A program made the position numbers and the translations under genes. From Anaeromyxobacteraceae bacterium (GTDB lineage Bacteria; Myxococcota; Myxococcia; Myxococcales; Anaeromyxobacteraceae): DNA of 64,000 nt. Positions 38,964-48,802 of this stretch are shown here, piece by piece. The notes under the pieces were generated by a model. It saw only the letters and a program-made list of their open reading frames with translations, searched no databases and was not told where the DNA came from. Each line of letters starts with the position of its first letter. Position 1 is the first letter of the stretch. The stretch is from positions 1,056,001 to 1,120,000 of the forward strand of contig JASGHJ010000002.1 in assembly GCA_047602405.1 (NCBI GenBank), in the 5' to 3' direction.

Positions 38964-39893
38964 ATGCACGAGCTCGACACCTCTCGCCACAGCCACCTCG
39001 TCGATCCCCAGCTCCACGTGTGGGGCTGGGAAATCCCGGTCTACCTCTTCCTCGGCGGCATGGCCGCGGGGCTGATGATCACGACCTCTCTCCTCGCCGG
39101 CCGCGAGGGCGAGCGCAGCCGGGCCGCCCGCTGGCTCGGGCTCGCCGCGCCGGTGCTCGTCTCCCTCGGGATGGGCGCGCTGTTCCTGGACCTCGCGAAC
39201 CGCCTCCACGCCTACCGCTTCTACCTCGCGCTGCGGCCCACGAGCCCGATGAGCTGGGGCGCGTGGATCCTGCTCGTCGTCTACCCGGTGACGCTCCTCG
39301 GCGGCATCGGCGGGCTGACCGGCGCAGACGCGGCGCTCCTCGCGGCGCGGGCGGGGCCGCTCGGCGGCGCGGTGCGGTGGGCGCGGGCCTTCGCCGCGCC
39401 TCGTGCCGCGGCGCTCCGGGCCTGGACGCTCTGGACCGGCGTCGCGCTCGGCGTCTACACCGGGATCCTGCTCTCGTCCCTCGGCGCGCGGGCGCTCTGG
39501 GCCTCGCCGCTCCTCGGTCCGCTCTTCCTCGCCTCCGGCGTCTCCACCGGCGCGGCCTTCATGCTGCTCTTCGGCCTCGACGCCGGCGAGCGGCACGCGG
39601 TCTCGCGCTGGCACCTCGCCGCGGTGGGCCTCGAGGTGGCGCTCCTCGCGCTCTTCCTCGTGGGGCTCCTCGCCGGCGGCCAGGCGAGCCGCGACGCGGC
39701 GCAGCTCCTGCTGGGTGGCAGGTTCACCGCGGCGTTCTGGGCGCTCGTCGTGATCGCGGGCCTCGGGGTCCCGGTGGCGCTCGAGCTCGGGGAGGCGCGG
39801 CTGCGCCTGCGCCCCACGCTCGCCGCGCCCGCGCTCGTGCTCCTCGGCGGGCTCTCGCTGCGCTGGATCCTGGTGGCCGCAGGGCAGCTGTGA
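38964..39893 (+). CDS. psrC: NrfD/PsrC quinol-binding membrane anchor
   Basis: WGWEIPVYLFLGG, LFLDL, SPMSWGAW, YTGILL, LRWILV. Confidence 0.9.
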   Translation: MHELDTSRHSHLVDPQLHVWGWEIPVYLFLGGMAAGLMITTSLLAGREGERSRAARWLGLAAPVLVSLGMGALFLDLANRLHAYRFYLALRPTSPMSWGAWILLVVYPVTLLGGIGGLTGADAALLAARAGPLGGAVRWARAFAAPRAAALRAWTLWTGVALGVYTGILLSSLGARALWASPLLGPLFLASGVSTGAAFMLLFGLDAGERHAVSRWHLAAVGLEVALLALFLVGLLAGGQASRDAAQLLLGGRFTAAFWALVVIAGLGVPVALELGEARLRLRPTLAAPALVLLGGLSLRWILVAAGQL

Positions 39894-39924
39894 GCCTCGA
39901 CGGTGGGCCGCTCGCCCGGCGGGC

Positions 39925-40560
39925 TCAGCCCCGGAGGAAGCGCCAGAGCGCTCCCGCCGACGGCGCCACGCGGAAGAGCGCCCAGAGCACCCGGCGCCGC
40001 GCGCGGCCCCGGCCCGCGGGGCGCACGCGCTCGAGCAGCAGGCGCGCCGCGTCGCGCTCGCCGCGCCGCGCGTAGACCGGGGCGAGCGCGAGCGCGCCCT
40101 CGAGGTGCCGCGGCTCCTCCCGGAGCGCGCGCTCGAGGAGCGACACGCCGGCGTCCTGCCGCCCGGCCCTCAGCTGCGCCCGGCCGCCGGCCACGAGCCC
40201 GTTCACCGCGTCCTGCCGGCGCCCCCGCAGGAGCTCCAGGCGCGCGAGCTCGAGCCGGAAGCCCGCGTCGAGCGGGAGCGCGCGCACCGCCGCGGCGTTG
40301 ACCGCCACGGCACGGTCGGTGAACCCGGCCTCGAGGTGGCGCTGGGCCGCCACGCGGAACGAGCGCGCCGCGCCGTCGCCGTCGCCCATGCGCGCGAGCA
40401 CGGGGCCGAGCTTCACGTGCACGGCGGGATCGGTGTCGTCGGCGCCGAGCGCCTCGCGGTAGCCCGAGACCGCGGCGTCGAGGCGGCCCTTCACGCGCGC
40501 CCGGTCGGCGGCGGCGATGAGCTCGGCCCGGGTGCGCGGGCGGCGGCGGAAAGGCCACAT
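39925..40560 (-). CDS. TPR-like helical repeat protein
   Basis: MWPFRRRPRTRAELIAAAD...AAVSGYREAL..D..DPAVHVKLG; C-terminal part of long ORF 39925..45549; genome-typical codons. Confidence 0.75.
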   Translation of the reverse strand: MWPFRRRPRTRAELIAAADRARVKGRLDAAVSGYREALGADDTDPAVHVKLGPVLARMGDGDGAARSFRVAAQRHLEAGFTDRAVAVNAAAVRALPLDAGFRLELARLELLRGRRQDAVNGLVAGGRAQLRAGRQDAGVSLLERALREEPRHLEGALALAPVYARRGERDAARLLLERVRPAGRGRARRRVLWALFRVAPSAGALWRFLRG

Positions 40561-40696
40561 GGCGAGGTGGAATTTCGCACGTGCTTCCAGGGGTTTTGGG
40601 TCCCGGATGGGCTCCGTGAAAGAAGCCGGGGCGAGGGCCGTATGCGGTGATGTGCGGCGCAACGGAGCGCCCCCGAGCCTGAAAGGGAACACCGCC

Positions 40697-40810
40697 ATGA
40701 TGCAGGGAATCCTGAACCGGATGGACGAGCGGCAGCAGGGCTTCATCGGCTTCTTCGCGGTCGTCTCCATGCTGAACGCGTACGCGATCGCGCAGCTCAT
40801 GCTCATGTAG
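40697..40810 (+). CDS. 37-aa single-TM small protein
   Basis: SD AAGGGA; MMQGILNRMDERQQGFIGFFAVVSMLNAYAIAQLMLM; nearly all codons end in G/C. Confidence 0.65.
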   Translation: MMQGILNRMDERQQGFIGFFAVVSMLNAYAIAQLMLM

Positions 40811-40845
40811 GACCTGCCCCGTGGCGTGTGGTATGAGCCCGCGAG

Positions 40846-41982
40846 TTGACCGAGGAGATCCTCATCGTCGCCGGCGAGGCGAGCGCCGATCTCCACGCGG
40901 CGCGCGCGCTCGCCGAGCTTCGTGCGCTCCGGCCCGGGGTCCGGGCCTTCGGCGTGGGCGGACCGCGCCTCAGGGCCTCGGCGGACTTCGAGGCGATCGC
41001 GCCCGCCGAGGACATCTCGGTCATGGGGCTCGCGGAGGTCCTCCCGCGCATCCCGCGGATCCTGTCCATCCTGAACCAGCTCGCGCGCGCGGCCGACGCG
41101 CGCCGCCCGCGGGCCGCGCTCCTCGTCGACCTGCCCGACTTCAACCTGCGCCTCGCGCGGAAGCTCAAGGCGCTCGGGATCCCGGTCGTCTACTACGTCT
41201 CCCCGCAGGTCTGGGCCTGGCGGCAGGGCAGGGCGAAGAAGATCGCCCGGCTGGTCGACCGGATGCTCTGCATCCTCCCGTTCGAGCCCCGCTACTACGA
41301 GGGCACCGGCCTCTCCGCCCGGTTCGTAGGTCACCCCTTCGCCGAGAGGCCCGACCCGGGCCCGAAGGAGGGCTACCGCGCCGCGCTCGGCCTCGCGGCC
41401 GCCCGCACCACCATCGCGCTCGTCCCGGGGAGCCGCCCGAGCGAGCTGCGCCGCATCTTCCCGCCCATGCTGGAGGCTGCCGAGCGCATCCGGGCGGCGC
41501 ACCCCGACGCGCAGTTCGTCGTGCCGGTCGCGCCGACGCTGCCGCGCGAGGCGCTCGCGCCGTACCTCGCCGGCCACCCCGGCGTCGAGGTCACGCTCGT
41601 CGACGGCCGCACCGACGAGGCGGTCGGCGCGAGCGACGCCGCCATCGTGAAGAGCGGCACCGCCACGCTCGAGTCCGCGCTCATGCTGCGGCCGATGATC
41701 GTGGTCTACCGCCTGGCCTGGCTCACCTATTTCGTGGGCCGGCTCCTCGTGAGGATTGCCCATTTCTCGCTGGTGAACATCCTGGCGGGCAGGACCGTGG
41801 TCCCCGAGCTGCTCCAGCGCGACGCGAGCCCCGAGCGGATGGCCGCCGAGATCGAGCGGCTGCTCGCCGACCGGGGCGTGCGCGAGACGCAGCTCGCCGG
41901 GCTCCGGGAGGTCCGGGCGTCCCTCGGGGAGCCCGGCGCGCCGCGGCGGGTCGCGGAGACGATCGCCGAGGTGATGCCGTGA
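40846..41982 (+). CDS. lpxB: Lipid-A-disaccharide synthase
   Basis: AGEASADLH, SVMGL.EV, D.PDFN, YYVSPQVWAWR, FVGHP, PGSR.SE, KSGTATLE. Confidence 0.96.
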   Translation: MTEEILIVAGEASADLHAARALAELRALRPGVRAFGVGGPRLRASADFEAIAPAEDISVMGLAEVLPRIPRILSILNQLARAADARRPRAALLVDLPDFNLRLARKLKALGIPVVYYVSPQVWAWRQGRAKKIARLVDRMLCILPFEPRYYEGTGLSARFVGHPFAERPDPGPKEGYRAALGLAAARTTIALVPGSRPSELRRIFPPMLEAAERIRAAHPDAQFVVPVAPTLPREALAPYLAGHPGVEVTLVDGRTDEAVGASDAAIVKSGTATLESALMLRPMIVVYRLAWLTYFVGRLLVRIAHFSLVNILAGRTVVPELLQRDASPERMAAEIERLLADRGVRETQLAGLREVRASLGEPGAPRRVAETIAEVMP

Positions 41983-42729
41983 AGCCCGCGCTCCTGTGCC
42001 TGCCGACCTACGACGAGCGGGAGAACCTCGAGGCCCATCGTCACGGCGATCCTCGCGGCCACCCCGGACGTCGAGATCCTGGTCATCGACGACAACTCCC
42101 CCGACGGCACCGGCCGGCTCGCCGACGCCCTCGCGGCACGGGAGCCGCGGGTGCACGTGCTGCACCGGGCCGGGAAGGAGGGGCTCGGGAAGGCGTACCT
42201 CGCCGGGTTCGCCTGGGCCCTCGCGCGCGGGTACCGGTTCGTGCTCGAGATGGACGCCGACTTCTCGCACGACCCGAAGTACCTCCCGGGCATGCTGGCC
42301 CGCGCCGCGGACGACGCGGACCTGGTGCTGGGCTCCCGCTACGTGCCCGGCGGCGGGACCGTGAACTGGGGCCTCGGGCGGAAGATCATCTCGCGCGGGG
42401 GCAGCCTCTACGCGCGCCTCATCCTGGGCGTGAAGGTCCGGGATCTCACCGGCGGCTTCAAGTGCTTCCGGCGGGAGGTGCTCGAGGCCATCAATCTGGC
42501 CAGCGTGGAGTGCTCCGGGTACTCGTTCCAGATCGAGCTCACCTACCGGGCCATCCGCTGCGGGTTCCGGGTCGCCGAGCTCCCCATCGTGTTCGCCGAC
42601 CGCCGGGTGGGGCAGTCGAAGATGCACCGCCGCATCGTCCTCGAGGCCATCCGGAAGGTCTGGGCGATGCGGGCGTCCCGCTTCGTGCGCTCGCTGCCGA
42701 AGCTTCCCGCGCGGTCCGCGCCGGGGTAG
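41979..42729 (+). CDS. Polyprenol monophosphomannose synthase (GT2), +1 frameshift at ~42035
   Basis: GTG start; LPTYDERENL, then shifted IDDNSPDGT, GLGKAY, MDADFSHDP, GSRY, DLTGGFKCF, GYSFQIE; extra C in GCCCATC. Confidence 0.9.
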
Positions 42730-42741
42730 AACCGGCGCTGG

Positions 42742-43398
42742 ATGTGGCGGGAGCTCCTCAGCCTGAGCCTGGTCTCCCTCTCGGCGATCTTCTTCGTGGT
42801 CGATCCGGTCGCGGCGGTGCCGTTCTTCCTCGCCATGACCCGGGACGCGACCCCGGCGAAGCGCCGCGAGACGGCCCTGCGCGCCTGCGTGACCGCCGGC
42901 CTCATCCTGGCGGGGTTCGCGCTCGCCGGGGAGCTCATCTTCCAGCTGCTCGGCATCAGCCTCGGCGCCTTCAAGATCGCGGGCGGGGTGGTGCTCCTGC
43001 TCCTCGCCCTCGACATGATCCGGACCCAGCCCTCCCGGACCCGCATCACCGAGGGGGAGGTGGCCGCCGGCGCCGACAAGGAGGACGTGGCCATCGTGCC
43101 GCTCGCGATGCCCCTCCTCGCGGGCCCCGGCTCCATCGCCACCGTGATCGTCCTCATGACCCGGGCGCGCTCGGGTCCCTGGTGGTACGCGCTGCCGGTG
43201 CTGGGCGCCGTGTTCGTGACCGCGGCGGCCGCCTACGTCATCCTGGCGGGGGCCTCCACCACCGAGAAGGTGCTCGGCCGGAGCGGCCTCGCCATCCTCG
43301 AGCGCGCCGCCGGCCTCCTCCTCGTGGCCGTCGCCATCCAGTTCATGCTGGACGGCCTCGGGGAGACGCTCCCCTCCCTGCTCTCCCTCTCCCGCTAG
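42742..43398 (+). CDS. MarC family membrane protein
   Basis: VVDP...PFF, AFKIAGG, AIVPLAMPLLAGPGSI, GLLL...AIQF. Confidence 0.92.
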   Translation: MWRELLSLSLVSLSAIFFVVDPVAAVPFFLAMTRDATPAKRRETALRACVTAGLILAGFALAGELIFQLLGISLGAFKIAGGVVLLLLALDMIRTQPSRTRITEGEVAAGADKEDVAIVPLAMPLLAGPGSIATVIVLMTRARSGPWWYALPVLGAVFVTAAAAYVILAGASTTEKVLGRSGLAILERAAGLLLVAVAIQFMLDGLGETLPSLLSLSR

Positions 43399-43539
43399 CG
43401 ACCCCGGGGACCGCCGGAGCGGCGGACGGCCGCAAGGTGACTTTCGCGTGGCGCGCGGGGGGGCATCGGGTGCATCCTCTCGCCACGAGAAGTTCTCTGA
43501 ACGACAAAGGGTTCCTGACGGACCAAGGAGAGACGACCC

Positions 43540-45612
43540 ATGGGCTCCAAGGTGACTCGTACCCTCTCGATGCTCGGCGCGGACGGCGCAGGAAAGACCG
43601 CCCTCGTCGAGTCGCTCCTGCGCATCGCCGACGCCAAGAAGGCCGCGGCCGACGGCTCGACCTCGCGCCTCGACGCGGAGCCTGAGGAGAAGAAGCGCAA
43701 CTTCACCCTCAGCCTCCACCCCGAGAGCTTCGAGGAGAGCGGCCGCGGCTTCCACGTCCTCGACTGCCCCGGCTTCGCGGCGTTCCTGACCGAGGTCGAG
43801 TGGGCGCTCCAGGTGACCGACGGCGCCTTCCTCGCCGTCTCCGCCGCCGACGGCGCGCACAACCGCACCGAGCGCACCTACGACGTGCTGGCCGAGTCCG
43901 GCCGCCCCGCCATCGCGGTCGTCAACCGGCTCGACCACGAGCAGGCCGACTGGCAGAAGGCCGTCGCCGACGTGGAGTCTTCGCTCAAGGTGAAGCCGGT
44001 GCTGCTCCAGCTGCCGCTCGGCCCGAACGGCAAGCCCACCGGGATCGTCGACCTCGTGTCGATGAAGGCGCACCTCCCGGACGCGAAGGCCTACGGCAGG
44101 TTCGCCGAGGCCGAGGTCCCGGCCGACGTGAAGGCCGAGGCCGACCGGCTGCGCACCGCGCTCGTCGAGGCGGCCGCCGAGGCCGACGACGAGCTCCTCG
44201 GGAAGTACCTCGAGGGCACGCCGCTCACCGCGGAGGAGATCGACCGCGGCCTCGCCGCCGGCGCCGCCGGCCAGAAGTTCCTGCCCGTCGCCTTCGCCTG
44301 CGTGAAGAGCGGCGTCGGCGTCCGGGAGCTGCTCGACCTCGCGGTGCGGGTCTTCCCCGGGCCCGAGGCGCGGCAGGTCAAGGGCGCCGACCTCCACGGC
44401 AAGGAGGTCGTCCGCCCGGGCACCGCCGACCAGCCCTTCGTCGGCCAGGTCTTCAAGACCTCCATCGATCACTTCGCCGGGCGCATCGACTACGTGCGCA
44501 TCCTGAGCGGGACGCTCAAGCCCGAGGCGATCCTGATGAACCCGCGCACGCGGTCGGAGGAGCGCATCTCGCACTTCCACCGGACCGACGGCGCGCAGAA
44601 CGCCGAGATCAAGGAGGCCGGGCCGGGCGAGTTCGTGGTGCTCCTGAAGCTCAAGGACGCGCACACCGGCGACACGCTCTGCGACGCCTCGAGCCCGCTC
44701 GTGCTCCCGGCGTTCGCGCAGCACACCCGTCCGGTGTCGTACGCCGTGCACGCGAAGGCCGGCGACGACAAGGCCGCCGCGGCGCTCCACAAGCTCATCG
44801 AGGAGGATCCCTCCCTCGAGCTCGCCCGCTCGCCGGAGACCGGCGAGATGCTGCTCCAGGGCATGGGCCAGGCCCACATCGACGTGACCGTCGAGCGCGT
44901 GAAGCGCAAGCACGGCGTCGAGATCACGCTCGCCCCGCCGACCCCGGCCTACCTCGAGACCATCACCGCGCCCGCGAAGGCGCAGGGCAAGTTCAAGCGC
45001 CAGACCGGCGGCCACGGCCAGTACGGCGACTGCACCGTCGAGCTCTACCCGAAGGCGCGCGGCGAGGGCTTCGAGTTCGAGGACGCCATCGTCGGCGGCG
45101 TGATCCCGCGCCAATTCATCCCGTCGGTGGAGAAGGGCATCCGCGGCTCCATCGGCTCCGGCCCGCTCGCCGGCTACCCGGTCGTCGACTTCAAGGCGAA
45201 GCTCGTCTTCGGCAGCTACCACGACGTCGACAGCTCCGACATGGCGTTCCAGGTCGCGGGCTCGATGGGCTTCAAGAAGGCCGTGCTCGAGGCGCGGCCC
45301 ATCCTGCTCGAGCCGGTGATGAAGCTCGAGGTGCGCGTGCCGGAGGAGTACGTCGGCGCGGTGATGGGCGACCTCAACAGCCGCCGCGCCAAGGTCCAGG
45401 GCATGGAGCCGCTCGCCCGCGGCGTCCTCGTGAAGGCGGTCTGCCCGCACGCGGAGGCCATGACCTACGACGCCGACCTCCGCTCGCTCACCCAGGGCGC
45501 CGGCTACTTCACCATGGAGCCGTCGCACTACGACCCCGTCCCCCCGCACCTCGCGCAGAAGATCATCGAGAAGCGCCGCGCGGAGGGGAAGGTGAAGGGC
45601 ATCGAGGAGTAG
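43540..45612 (+). CDS. fusA: Elongation factor G-like paralog (EF-G2) with divergent G domain
   Basis: EEDPSL, GMGQAH, YLETI, KRQTGGHGQYG, GSYHDVDSS, ILLEP, GDLNSRR; outside the str operon. Confidence 0.92.
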   Translation: MGSKVTRTLSMLGADGAGKTALVESLLRIADAKKAAADGSTSRLDAEPEEKKRNFTLSLHPESFEESGRGFHVLDCPGFAAFLTEVEWALQVTDGAFLAVSAADGAHNRTERTYDVLAESGRPAIAVVNRLDHEQADWQKAVADVESSLKVKPVLLQLPLGPNGKPTGIVDLVSMKAHLPDAKAYGRFAEAEVPADVKAEADRLRTALVEAAAEADDELLGKYLEGTPLTAEEIDRGLAAGAAGQKFLPVAFACVKSGVGVRELLDLAVRVFPGPEARQVKGADLHGKEVVRPGTADQPFVGQVFKTSIDHFAGRIDYVRILSGTLKPEAILMNPRTRSEERISHFHRTDGAQNAEIKEAGPGEFVVLLKLKDAHTGDTLCDASSPLVLPAFAQHTRPVSYAVHAKAGDDKAAAALHKLIEEDPSLELARSPETGEMLLQGMGQAHIDVTVERVKRKHGVEITLAPPTPAYLETITAPAKAQGKFKRQTGGHGQYGDCTVELYPKARGEGFEFEDAIVGGVIPRQFIPSVEKGIRGSIGSGPLAGYPVVDFKAKLVFGSYHDVDSSDMAFQVAGSMGFKKAVLEARPILLEPVMKLEVRVPEEYVGAVMGDLNSRRAKVQGMEPLARGVLVKAVCPHAEAMTYDADLRSLTQGAGYFTMEPSHYDPVPPHLAQKIIEKRRAEGKVKGIEE

Positions 45613-45664
45613 GCGCGCTGCACATCGGGCATCCGGGGGTCCTTTCGGCTAGGATGTCCCGGCC

Positions 45665-47497
45665 TTGAGGACCTACCTCCGCCTCCTGCGGTTCGCGCTG
45701 CCGTACCGCTGGCGCATGCTGGCGGCGGTCGCCTGCATGGCCGTCCTCTCCGGGACGACCGCCCTCTACACCTGGCTCATCGGCCCGGTGCTCCAGTTCC
45801 TCTTCACCGGCGACACCCGCGCGGCGTCCAGCCTCGGGAAGCTCGCGCCGGCGTCGGTGAACCTCGGCGAGCGGATCGCGGCGCTCGACCGGGCGGAGCT
45901 CCTCGCCTGGCTGCCGGCGGTGATCGTGGGCGTGGCGATCCTCAAGGGGTTCGCCTACTTCGGGCAGTTCTTCATCGTCGGCATGGTCGGCCAGCGGGTC
46001 ATGGCCGACATCCGCCGGACGCTCTTCGACCACCTCCTCACGCTCTCGCCGGGCTTCTACACGCGCCGCCACTCCGGCGACCTCATCACGCGCTTCAACA
46101 CCGACGTCGGCGCGGTCGACCTCGCGCTGACGAGCGCCATCCCCACCTACCTGCGCGACGGCATCTCGGTCGTGGTGCTGCTCGCCTCCTGCTTCCTCCT
46201 CGACTGGCGCATGTCGCTCGTGGCGTTCGGCGCGATCCCGGTGACGCTCGTCCCGGTGCTCCGGCTCACGAAGCGGCTGCGCCGCGTGACCGGGAAGGCC
46301 CAGGCGACCTACGGCGACCAGGGCGAGGTCCTCACCGAGGCCATCGGCGGCATGCGGGTGGTGCAGGCGTACGGGATGGAGCGGTGGGAGTCGGCGCGGT
46401 TCGCCCGCGCGAACGACCAGCTCGTCCGCTTCATGCGCAAGAGCCTCCTCATCCGCTCGTTCTCGTCGCCGCTCATGGAGGTCATGGGCGCCGCCGGGCT
46501 CGCCGCGGCGATCTGGTGGGTGGGCGGCAAGATCCTCGAGGGGCAGCTCGAGCCGGGGAAGCTCCTCTCCTTCGTGGGCGCGGTGCTGTTCCTCTACCAG
46601 CCGGTGAAGTCGCTCGGCCGGGTCGGCCAGGTCGTCATCCAGGGCGCCGCCGCCGGCGACCGCATCTTCGAGATCCTCGACACGCCCACCCCGGTGCCCG
46701 ACGCGGGCACCCGCGAGCTGCCGCGCTTCCAGGAGGCGGTCCGGTACGAGCGGGTGAGCTTCAGCTACGGCGAGCGGCCGGTGCTCTCCGAGTTCTCGCT
46801 CGAGGTCCGGCGCGGCGAGGTCGTGGCGCTCGTGGGCAGCTCGGGCGGCGGGAAGACCACCGTCGCGAACCTCCTGCCGCGGTTCTGGGACCCGGTGGCG
46901 GGCCGCATCACCGTCGACGGCCACGACGTCCGGGACGTGACGCTGCGCAGCCTGCGCGCGCAGCTCGCGATCGTCACCCAGGAGAACGTCCTCTTCAACG
47001 ACACGATCCGGAACAACATCGCCTACGGGCGGCCGGAGATCTCCCAGGCCGACGTCGAGCGCGCCGCGAAGCTCGCCCAGGCGCACGAGTTCATCCTGGC
47101 GCAGCCCGAGGGCTACGGCACCCGCGTCGGCGAGCGGGGCGTGCTGCTCTCCGGCGGCCAGCGCCAGCGCCTCGCGATCGCCCGCGCGTTCCTGAAGGAC
47201 GCGCCCATCCTGATCCTCGACGAGGCGACGAGCGCGCTCGACGCCGAGAGCGAGCGCGAGGTCCAGCGCGCGCTCGACTCGCTCATGGGGCTCGAGGGCG
47301 GCGCCCGCCGCACGACGCTCGTCATCGCCCACCGGCTCTCGACCATCCGCAACGCCGACCGGATCGTGGTCATCTCGGGCGGGCGGGTGGTGGAGACCGG
47401 CACGCACGACGACCTCGTGACGCGCGGGGGCGAGTACGCGCGGCTGCACCGCATCTCGGAGGGCGAGCGGCGCGAGGAGAGCCGCGCCGCCGTCTAG
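45665..47497 (+). CDS. msbA: Lipid A flippase ABC transporter
   Basis: TMD + NBD (GSSGGGKT, LSGGQRQR, LILDEATSALD, IAHRLST) adjacent to waaA/lpxK. Confidence 0.9.
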   Translation: MRTYLRLLRFALPYRWRMLAAVACMAVLSGTTALYTWLIGPVLQFLFTGDTRAASSLGKLAPASVNLGERIAALDRAELLAWLPAVIVGVAILKGFAYFGQFFIVGMVGQRVMADIRRTLFDHLLTLSPGFYTRRHSGDLITRFNTDVGAVDLALTSAIPTYLRDGISVVVLLASCFLLDWRMSLVAFGAIPVTLVPVLRLTKRLRRVTGKAQATYGDQGEVLTEAIGGMRVVQAYGMERWESARFARANDQLVRFMRKSLLIRSFSSPLMEVMGAAGLAAAIWWVGGKILEGQLEPGKLLSFVGAVLFLYQPVKSLGRVGQVVIQGAAAGDRIFEILDTPTPVPDAGTRELPRFQEAVRYERVSFSYGERPVLSEFSLEVRRGEVVALVGSSGGGKTTVANLLPRFWDPVAGRITVDGHDVRDVTLRSLRAQLAIVTQENVLFNDTIRNNIAYGRPEISQADVERAAKLAQAHEFILAQPEGYGTRVGERGVLLSGGQRQRLAIARAFLKDAPILILDEATSALDAESEREVQRALDSLMGLEGGARRTTLVIAHRLSTIRNADRIVVISGGRVVETGTHDDLVTRGGEYARLHRISEGERREESRAAV

Positions 47498-47518
47498 CCC
47501 GCCGCCCGGAGCCTGGCC

Positions 47519-48802
47519 TTGCACCTCGTCTACGCCATCGCGAGCTACCTCCTCTTCGTCGTCGCGCTCCCGGTGCTGCTCTCCCACCCGAAGCTGCGGA
47601 GCGGGAAGCGCCTGCGCCTCGGGCTCTACCCGTCCGACCTCGCGCGCGGGAAGGGGACGCCGCGGGTCTGGATGCACGGCGCGAGCGCCGGGGATCTCCT
47701 GGCCCTCGAGCCGATGATGCGCGAGCTGAAGCGGCGCGCCCCGGGCGCGTGCCTCATCGTCTCCACCATGACGAACAGCGGCCAGGCCATCGCGCGGAAG
47801 AAGCTCGCCGACGTCGCCGACGTGGTCGTCCCGGTGCCCTACGACCTGCCCGGCGCGACCCGCCGGGCGGTGGCCGCGCTGCGGCCCGACCTCCTCGTCC
47901 TCGAGTACACCGAGATCTGGCCGAACCTCATCCGCGCCGCGCGGAAGTCCGGCGCGCGCATCGCGCTCACGAACGGCCGCTTCAACCCGGAGAAGCTCGG
48001 CCGCTACCGGGCGCTCTTCGGCGCGATCGGGAACCCGCTCCGCCGCATCGACTGCTTCCTGATGCGCTCCGACGAGGAGGCCGAGCGCGCGCTCGCCCTC
48101 GGCGCCGCGCCGGACCGGGTGTGGGTCACAGGCAACACCAAGTTCGACGCGCTCGTCCTCGGCCCCGACGACGGCCGCGAGGCGGCGCTGCGCGCCGAGA
48201 TGGGGCTCGACCCGGCGGCGCCGGTCTTCATGGCGGGCTCGACGCACGAGGGGGAGGAGGAGCACCTCGTCGCGGTCTACCGCCGGCTCCGCGAGCGCCA
48301 CCCCGGGCTGCAGCTCGTCGTCGCGCCGCGCTACGTGGAGCGGGCGGGCAAAATCATGGCGCTCGCCGGCGAGACCGGGCTCTCGGTGCGGCTGCGCAGC
48401 GGCGGCGCCCGGGCCGGCCACGCGGAGGTGGTCGTGCTCGACACGATCGGCGAGCTCTCCATCGCGTACCGGCTCGCGACGCTGGTGTTCGTGGGCGGCA
48501 GCTTCGTGACCCGCGGCGGGCAGAACGTGCTCGAGCCCGCGGCGCAGGGGAAGCCGGTGCTGTTCGGCCCGCACATGGAGAACTTCAAGGACTCGGTGCA
48601 GGTGCTGCAGGGCCGCGGCGGGCTGCAGGTGCAGGACCCCGACCAGCTCTTCCGCGTCGCCGACGAGCTCCTCGGCCGCCCGGACCAGCTCGCGGAGCTC
48701 GGCGGGCTGGCGCGCCGGGCGGTGGGCTCGATCCGCGGGGCCTCGGCGCGCAACGTCGAGCACATGCTGGGCGTGCTCCCGCGGGGCAAGGCCGCCGCAT
48801 GA
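47519..48802 (+). CDS. waaA: Kdo transferase
   Basis: WMHGASAG, EIWPN, TGNTKFD, AGSTHEGEE, DTIGEL, FVGGS..RGGQNVLEP, FGPHMENF. Confidence 0.94.
   Translation: MHLVYAIASYLLFVVALPVLLSHPKLRSGKRLRLGLYPSDLARGKGTPRVWMHGASAGDLLALEPMMRELKRRAPGACLIVSTMTNSGQAIARKKLADVADVVVPVPYDLPGATRRAVAALRPDLLVLEYTEIWPNLIRAARKSGARIALTNGRFNPEKLGRYRALFGAIGNPLRRIDCFLMRSDEEAERALALGAAPDRVWVTGNTKFDALVLGPDDGREAALRAEMGLDPAAPVFMAGSTHEGEEEHLVAVYRRLRERHPGLQLVVAPRYVERAGKIMALAGETGLSVRLRSGGARAGHAEVVVLDTIGELSIAYRLATLVFVGGSFVTRGGQNVLEPAAQGKPVLFGPHMENFKDSVQVLQGRGGLQVQDPDQLFRVADELLGRPDQLAELGGLARRAVGSIRGASARNVEHMLGVLPRGKAAA

Noticed and set aside
34313..39893. Selenocysteine recoding in psr or yeeE genes
   Set aside because: All TGA codons are terminal or ATGA overlaps; the putative Mo ligand is a TGC Cys
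39925..45549. 1874-aa minus-strand ORF and many other long overlapping ORFs
   Set aside because: Antisense or alternate-frame shadows typical of very high GC DNA; only 39925..40560 looks coding
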